Source: an uncultured delta proteobacterium
GTDB lineage: Bacteria > Desulfobacterota > Binatia > UBA9968
NCBI GenBank assembly: GCA_963745035.1
Contig: CAVUVW010000013.1
Location: forward strand, 576,001-640,000
Direction: 5' to 3'
Length of the DNA stretch: 64,000 nucleotides
The translations under genes and the position numbers were made by a program. Position 1 is the stretch's first letter; every line of letters begins with the position of its first letter. Of the stretch, positions 58,909 to 64,000 are shown in pieces. The notes below the pieces were generated by a model. That model did not search any database, had not been told where the DNA came from, and saw nothing but the letters and a program-made list of their open reading frames with translations.

Positions 58909-60051
58909 TCAATCCCGCCTCTTTGCAATTTCCACCGCCGCATGCGCCTCTATCGCGCTTACAGGGTGCGGATCCTTCGGATGATTCGTCTCTAGATATC
59001 CTCGATCAACGATGTAATCGAAAAGACTCTCGGCTACGGCGGCATGACCCGCGGCAGTCCAGTGACCGTCCAAGCGATAGTAGAGCGCGAGCCGATCAGT
59101 TCGCGCTCTGAAAATTGGTGTTAAATCGATAAAGTCTGCGCCCGCCTCATGGGTGCCTTGTTCAACAACGGCGACGGCCCGAATAGGAGGCGCGCTTTCC
59201 GAGACCACCGGCGTTTGGCCCGGCGAGAACAGGAAGAGAGTGTGGGCGCCAAGCCGTTTCGCGGTCGCCGCCACCCGCTGCAGCAGAGCAATCGCGCGCC
59301 GCCCGTCCTCATCGGTAAAATCCTCTCCGTGCGTAGCCCCAAGATTTCCCATGAGCCCAGCGCGCATCGCGATATAACCGAGCCTTTCGCTTACCAGTTT
59401 GGCGAGATGGCTGTGATTTTTGAGCCACTTGTGTGCGCGTAACCAGATCGGCTGGCCTAGAAACGGATCTTTGCCTCCCTGTTTGCTGACCAGCCAACCC
59501 TCTCGCACTTCGGCATTGTCCCGCGCAGGAACTCGATTTTCGATGAAATCGTTGTCCGGCAAGAATTGAAGAATTACCAAATCCGGATCGAGAGCCGTGG
59601 CACGGCTGAGCAGGAAGTGCAACTGATCCGCGGTGCCGTACCCCGGGACGCCGGCATTGATGACCTGAATGTCTCGTTCGGGGAAACGACTGGCGAGTGC
59701 CTTTTCGAGACGGACGGTAAACATCTCCGCCTCACTCACACCAAAGCCCCACGTGAATGAATCTCCCAGACAAACCACCCGGAAGGAATTCGCTTTCCGA
59801 GGTCGCGGGTCGACACCTCTTTGGCTAATCTGGTTGATTGTGAAGTGGTAATGGAACTCGGGGCGGGACAGGATCGCGCTAAACCCCGGCGTGAGCACGT
59901 AGCCGACGGCGTCATCCGTTACATACATCCCTCGGGGATGAATGTCGAAGATCTGTGGCGAAGCAAACCTCAGACACAACTCAGCGCCGAGCAGCCCGAT
60001 TGCAAGCGATCCCGCTACCAGCAATAAGTTAGCGATTCCAGGTCTTCTCAT
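58909..60051 (-). CDS. SGNH/GDSL hydrolase-family protein with N-terminal membrane anchor
   Basis: LGDSFTWG, INAGVPGYG, ND, DGHW..AGH. Confidence 0.9.
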   Translation of the reverse strand: MRRPGIANLLLVAGSLAIGLLGAELCLRFASPQIFDIHPRGMYVTDDAVGYVLTPGFSAILSRPEFHYHFTINQISQRGVDPRPRKANSFRVVCLGDSFTWGFGVSEAEMFTVRLEKALASRFPERDIQVINAGVPGYGTADQLHFLLSRATALDPDLVILQFLPDNDFIENRVPARDNAEVREGWLVSKQGGKDPFLGQPIWLRAHKWLKNHSHLAKLVSERLGYIAMRAGLMGNLGATHGEDFTDEDGRRAIALLQRVAATAKRLGAHTLFLFSPGQTPVVSESAPPIRAVAVVEQGTHEAGADFIDLTPIFRARTDRLALYYRLDGHWTAAGHAAVAESLFDYIVDRGYLETNHPKDPHPVSAIEAHAAVEIAKRRD

Positions 60052-60063
60052 TCGCCCTCTGGC

Positions 60064-61215
60064 TCAGCCGCCAGAAACAATTGGAGCGCCTACGGAAAAA
60101 TCCGGAGCTACTAGATTCTCGAGAATGGCTAACGTCTCCATGGCGCACTTGTCCCAGCGAAACATTTTCGAGCGCTCTAGGCCTTGGCGTGACAGGGAAT
60201 TTCGCAGATGCGAGCTTGAGAGCAATTTTTCGATCGCCGCGGCGATATCTTCGGACCGCCGCGGGTCCACGAAGAGTGCGGCGTCGCCAGCCAGCTCCTT
60301 CAAGCCGTTTTGATTCGAGGTAATGATCGGCGTGCCGCACGCCATCGCTTCTGTAATCGGGATCGGAAAGGCTTCCATATTGGAGGGGTACAGAAAAAGA
60401 TCAGCCAGTGAATAGACGACCGGAAGGTCCTCCTGTTCGATCCAGCCGGGAAAGACGACGTTTCTCCCGTATCCATCGCCCGGGATGTGGTAGTCTCGAA
60501 TGAAGTTCTGGCAATCCTTTCCCCCGACGACGAGCTTGTGCGGGATCGTTTCGTGAATCCTCTGATAGGCGCTGAGAATGCCACCGATATTTTTTCGTCC
60601 GCCATCGCCATATCTCTGCAAGGTGAGAATGAATTTTTTCGGCAGACCGTACTTGGCGACAACCCTCTGGCGCGTCGATTCCGCCTCCACGCGGTGAAAA
60701 TGCTCCCCCGGGCCGAAGTACACCGTTTTGACTTTGCCGGGAGGCAGCTTGAAAAGCTTGTTGTAGATATCGGTCGTGAGCTGCGAAACCGAGAGGATCG
60801 CAGCTGCTTTTCTGCAGTAGAGCGGCATCATCAGATTGATGTACTTCAGATCCCAACTTTTCCAGAATTTACTATGTTCGGGAATAAACCAGCCGGCGCC
60901 ATGCAACACCATGACAGTCTTGCAGGGGGCGAGCAAAGGAACGGTGAATTTGGGATGAAGGAGCACGTCGAGCCGCGACTTCCAGGTTATGTAGGGAACG
61001 GCAACTTGATCCCAAAACGCCTTGTTCGGGGCATAGACGACCCTTTCTGTGACGTTTGCGTGGTGCGCAAAACGGCCCACGTGCGCGGGATTCGAGTATA
61101 GAAGAACGTAATGATTGCGCCGATCAAGCTCGAGCAGCTTTTGGGTCAGATATCGGGTGTAGACGCCTACTCCGCCTTTTTCATCGAACGCCCGTAGCAT
61201 GATACCGATACGCAT
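60064..61215 (-). CDS. Glycosyltransferase family 4
   Basis: GGVG.YT, VS..T, RKN, YPS..EAFPIP..EAMACG.P, F.W; ATG after GGAGG. Confidence 0.92.
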   Translation of the reverse strand: MRIGIMLRAFDEKGGVGVYTRYLTQKLLELDRRNHYVLLYSNPAHVGRFAHHANVTERVVYAPNKAFWDQVAVPYITWKSRLDVLLHPKFTVPLLAPCKTVMVLHGAGWFIPEHSKFWKSWDLKYINLMMPLYCRKAAAILSVSQLTTDIYNKLFKLPPGKVKTVYFGPGEHFHRVEAESTRQRVVAKYGLPKKFILTLQRYGDGGRKNIGGILSAYQRIHETIPHKLVVGGKDCQNFIRDYHIPGDGYGRNVVFPGWIEQEDLPVVYSLADLFLYPSNMEAFPIPITEAMACGTPIITSNQNGLKELAGDAALFVDPRRSEDIAAAIEKLLSSSHLRNSLSRQGLERSKMFRWDKCAMETLAILENLVAPDFSVGAPIVSGG

Positions 61216-61396
61216 TTGGTCCTCCACCCTGCAATAATGATTCAACTTCGTTCCGCGCCCGCCTTCTCGGGAAAGCGGCGAAAAAAAATATCGAGGCGCT
61301 TTCTGTTGATTAGATTTGGGACTTCACTCTAAGGAAGAAAGACCGCGGCACGGATGAAGAGGGTTCATCCGCGGCTGCGTAACAGATCGGGAAGGT

Positions 61397-61636
61397 TTAA
61401 CGGCGTTTCGACAGAATTTTCTCCACATCCCGCAGGCATGCGATCTCGGTGACTTCTTTATCGCTTAATGCGGTTTCAAAGACCTCTTCGATTTCCGCGA
61501 TCAGCCTCAAGTGGCTGACTGAATCCCAGCCGCCGATCTCGTCGCGTTGGATATTTTCGCGGTCCGAGTCGATCTCGATCTGAAAAATATCGGCGAAAAT
61601 CGCAGCGACCTTCCGGTGCAACTCCGGATCGATCAT
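61397..61636 (-). CDS. Stand-alone acyl carrier protein
   Basis: Small acidic protein with the WDSVSHL phosphopantetheine site and EEVF. Confidence 0.88.
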   Translation of the reverse strand: MIDPELHRKVAAIFADIFQIEIDSDRENIQRDEIGGWDSVSHLRLIAEIEEVFETALSDKEVTEIACLRDVEKILSKRR

Positions 61637-61665
61637 CGCTCCGCCAAATGTCCCTTCATTGACGT

Positions 61666-63180
61666 TCAATGGACCTCCTGTAGCTTGCGACGTAATAGCT
61701 TGCCCGTGCTGTTTTTTGGCAGCTCGGGAATCAACACCACCGAGAACGGCACCTTATAGCTGGGCAGATTGCGCGCGCAATGTTGGACGATTTGCTTGCT
61801 GCGGAGACCGTTCTGCTCCGCCGGTATGACAAACGCTTTCGCCACCTGTCCCAATATACCGTGCGCGACGCCGACCACGGCCACTTCTGCAACTTCCGGC
61901 ATCTGGCGGATACAGGTCTCGACTTCTTCCGGCGCGAATTTGCGCCCGCCGCAATTGATCAAATCGTTTTTCCGGCCGCCGAGATAATAAAGCCCTCGCT
62001 CGTCCTGGTAGCCGATGTCGCCGGTGCGCAGCCAACCATCGGATACGGCGCGACGCGTGGCCTCGGGCCGATTGTGGTAGCCGAGAAAAACGTGCTCGCC
62101 GCGCACGTAGATTTCACCCTCCTCGCCAACGCCGAGTATCCGCCCGTCGTCTCCCCGCACCGACATCTCGACTCCGTCGATTGCGTGACCGATGGATTCC
62201 GAGTCGGTCAATGCCATCGCGTCCGGCAAAACCGTGCAGGTGGACGCTTCGGTCAATCCATAGGAATTCATCACCTCGATGCGAGGAAACCGGCGCTTCA
62301 CGGCGCGATAGGTTTCCGGATCGATGGGGGCGCTGGAATTGATGAGCAGCCGGAGCGAAGGGAGCGCTTCGGAGTTAAAACCATGAGACGCGAGTAACAT
62401 GCGCAGCATGGTGGGAACCGCGCGTAGACAGCTAACCCGTTCCTCCTCGATAACCGAAAGCAACCGGTGGACGTCGAACCCGTTCACCAGAACAACCGTG
62501 CCGCCCAATTGAACCAGCGGAATCATCTGACTGTTCAGGGCGCTCGAATGACTGAGCGGCATCACGACAGCGATGACGTCACTGGCTTGATAACCGAAGC
62601 CGGTGATCGAGTTGCGGGCCGCGGCCAGCACATTGGCATGGCTGCGGATGACGCCTTTTGCTTCGCCCGTGGTACCGGACGTATACATGAGTTCCGCTGG
62701 ATCACCGCTCGCGACTTGACGCGGCGCGCAATCATTGCCGAACGATTGGCTGACCCAATCACCAAAACGTTCGCCCCCATCCGGCGTCAAATCGATGCCC
62801 AATATGCCCGCGGGCGCCGGGAGCTCAACAAGGGCCTTGTGCAATTTCCCTCCGAGACTGCGATGCACGATGACATGGCGAGCGCCGGAATCGAGAAGCG
62901 TGGCTCTGATCTCTTCGGGCGTCAAGCGCTCGTCGATCGGCTGCACGACGGCGCCCGAGCTCGCGGCGGCAAAATAACTGATGACGAACTCCACGCAATT
63001 GGGCGCGAGAATGGCGACAACGGCCCCGCGGGGCATCCGCCATCGAAGTATCAAGCCCTTCATGATTCGGCGGATGTCATCGCCCGCCTGCCGATAGGTG
63101 AAGCGTCTTGCGCCATCGACCAGAGCGGTCTTTTCAGGCGCGCTCTGTTCGGCTTGAAGCCAGAGGCGATCGAGGGTCAT
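61666..63180 (-). CDS. AMP-dependent acyl-CoA/acyl-ACP ligase
   Basis: MYTSGTTG.AKG, SYGLTEA, GEI.VRG, WLRTGDIG, PKNSTGKL. Confidence 0.93.
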   Translation of the reverse strand: MTLDRLWLQAEQSAPEKTALVDGARRFTYRQAGDDIRRIMKGLILRWRMPRGAVVAILAPNCVEFVISYFAAASSGAVVQPIDERLTPEEIRATLLDSGARHVIVHRSLGGKLHKALVELPAPAGILGIDLTPDGGERFGDWVSQSFGNDCAPRQVASGDPAELMYTSGTTGEAKGVIRSHANVLAAARNSITGFGYQASDVIAVVMPLSHSSALNSQMIPLVQLGGTVVLVNGFDVHRLLSVIEEERVSCLRAVPTMLRMLLASHGFNSEALPSLRLLINSSAPIDPETYRAVKRRFPRIEVMNSYGLTEASTCTVLPDAMALTDSESIGHAIDGVEMSVRGDDGRILGVGEEGEIYVRGEHVFLGYHNRPEATRRAVSDGWLRTGDIGYQDERGLYYLGGRKNDLINCGGRKFAPEEVETCIRQMPEVAEVAVVGVAHGILGQVAKAFVIPAEQNGLRSKQIVQHCARNLPSYKVPFSVVLIPELPKNSTGKLLRRKLQEVH

Positions 63181-63917
63181 AGCTGGGCCGCTTCCTTGCG
63201 CTTTTGCACCACGCGCGCGGGATTTCCCAAGACTACCGTCCAAGGGGGGACATCTTTGTTGACGACAGCGCCGGCGCCAACGACGCTATTGTGGCCGACC
63301 GAAACGCCGTCGAGAATAATCGCGCCGGTGCCGACCCACGCTCCGTCATGGATCGTGATGCCTTTGGCCGTACGCGCCTGGCGAATCACCGGGACATCGG
63401 GGTCGTCAGCCGCGTGACCTCCGGCCATGAGCTGCGCGCTCGAGCCGATTGAGACATTGGAGCCGATCTCGATCAGGCTCTTGCACGCAAAAAAGCAAAA
63501 CGGCCCGATTGAAACAAAATCGCCGATGCGAATCTGCGCCTCGTTGCAACTGAGAATGGATTGACGTCCGAGCAGGATTTGATTACCGAGTTGAATGCTC
63601 GACGTTGCGCCCTTGGCATCGAGCACCACGCCGTCGTCGATCATGACGCTCTCACCCAGCGAGATCCGCTTGGGAGAGCGTATCGCCAGGCCCCGCCCAA
63701 ATACGGTCCGAGCCCCGACTTGGCCAAGGATCCACGGATAGCATTTACCGCGGAGCACGTATCCCAAGGCCCCACCGAGGTTCCCGAGAACGCTGGTCAA
63801 GATTTCGTATTTTATGAATGCGGTTAAAGACTCATCACCGACAAAGATGCGCAGATACTGCTGATAAGGCGACGTATACGGATTTCCCAATTGTTCGACC
63901 AAAGGCTGCTCATTCAT
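63177..63917 (-). CDS. Hexapeptide-repeat (LbH) O-acyltransferase
   Basis: Repeated I.IG..V.I, WVG.GA.ILDGV.VG, VGAGAVV.KDVP, GNPAR. Confidence 0.92.
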   Translation of the reverse strand: MNEQPLVEQLGNPYTSPYQQYLRIFVGDESLTAFIKYEILTSVLGNLGGALGYVLRGKCYPWILGQVGARTVFGRGLAIRSPKRISLGESVMIDDGVVLDAKGATSSIQLGNQILLGRQSILSCNEAQIRIGDFVSIGPFCFFACKSLIEIGSNVSIGSSAQLMAGGHAADDPDVPVIRQARTAKGITIHDGAWVGTGAIILDGVSVGHNSVVGAGAVVNKDVPPWTVVLGNPARVVQKRKEAAQL

Positions 63918-64000
63918 TGCTCCACCCTCCGCGGCTCGCTCTGCATGAAAAACGAGAAAAGCCGCCCAGCCTCGGTGTCGCTCGGCCAAGACCCATCGCA

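Noticed and set aside
61351-61371. Hairpin CGGATGAA/TTCATCCG after the ACP gene as an intrinsic terminator
   Set aside because: No U-tract directly follows the stem on the minus strand; it may be a stabilising hairpin, but support is weak.
63914-64000. 3' end of an upstream gene overlapping the acyltransferase start
   Set aside because: An open frame ends in TGA at an ATGA overlap, but 87 bp is too short to identify.

Overview
High-GC bacterial window. The gene repertoire (many orphan Bug/TctC and NMT1-type binding proteins, amidohydrolases, small intergenic palindromes) suggests a Binatota/deltaproteobacterial genome; this is inference. Positions 1-33.2 kb hold catabolic and transport genes plus a MoxR/DUF58/DUF4350/DUF4129/RDD/SpoIIM-like operon with a tandem-duplicated membrane gene. 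This part also has several families of short palindromic intergenic repeats and one decayed OmpA-family pseudogene. Positions 33.7-64 kb are one minus-strand, visibly more AT-rich surface-glycan locus (glycosyltransferases, two flippases, deacetylase, methyltransferase, SGNH protein, ACP, acyl-AMP ligase, acyltransferase). It ends in an ABC exporter, a two-module NRPS (C-A-T-C-A-T-TE, predicted basic residue then Gly) and an NDP-sugar epimerase, behind a well-matching sigma-54 promoter. The best candidate for an undescribed system is this NRPS-in-glycan module, possibly attaching a (lipo)dipeptide to a surface glycan. A second notable signal is an inverted, codon-diverged copy of a glycosyltransferase's last 34 codons sitting just upstream of that same gene. 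Four single-base frameshifts look like sequencing errors. No rRNA, tRNA, CRISPR array, transposase or integrase was recognised.
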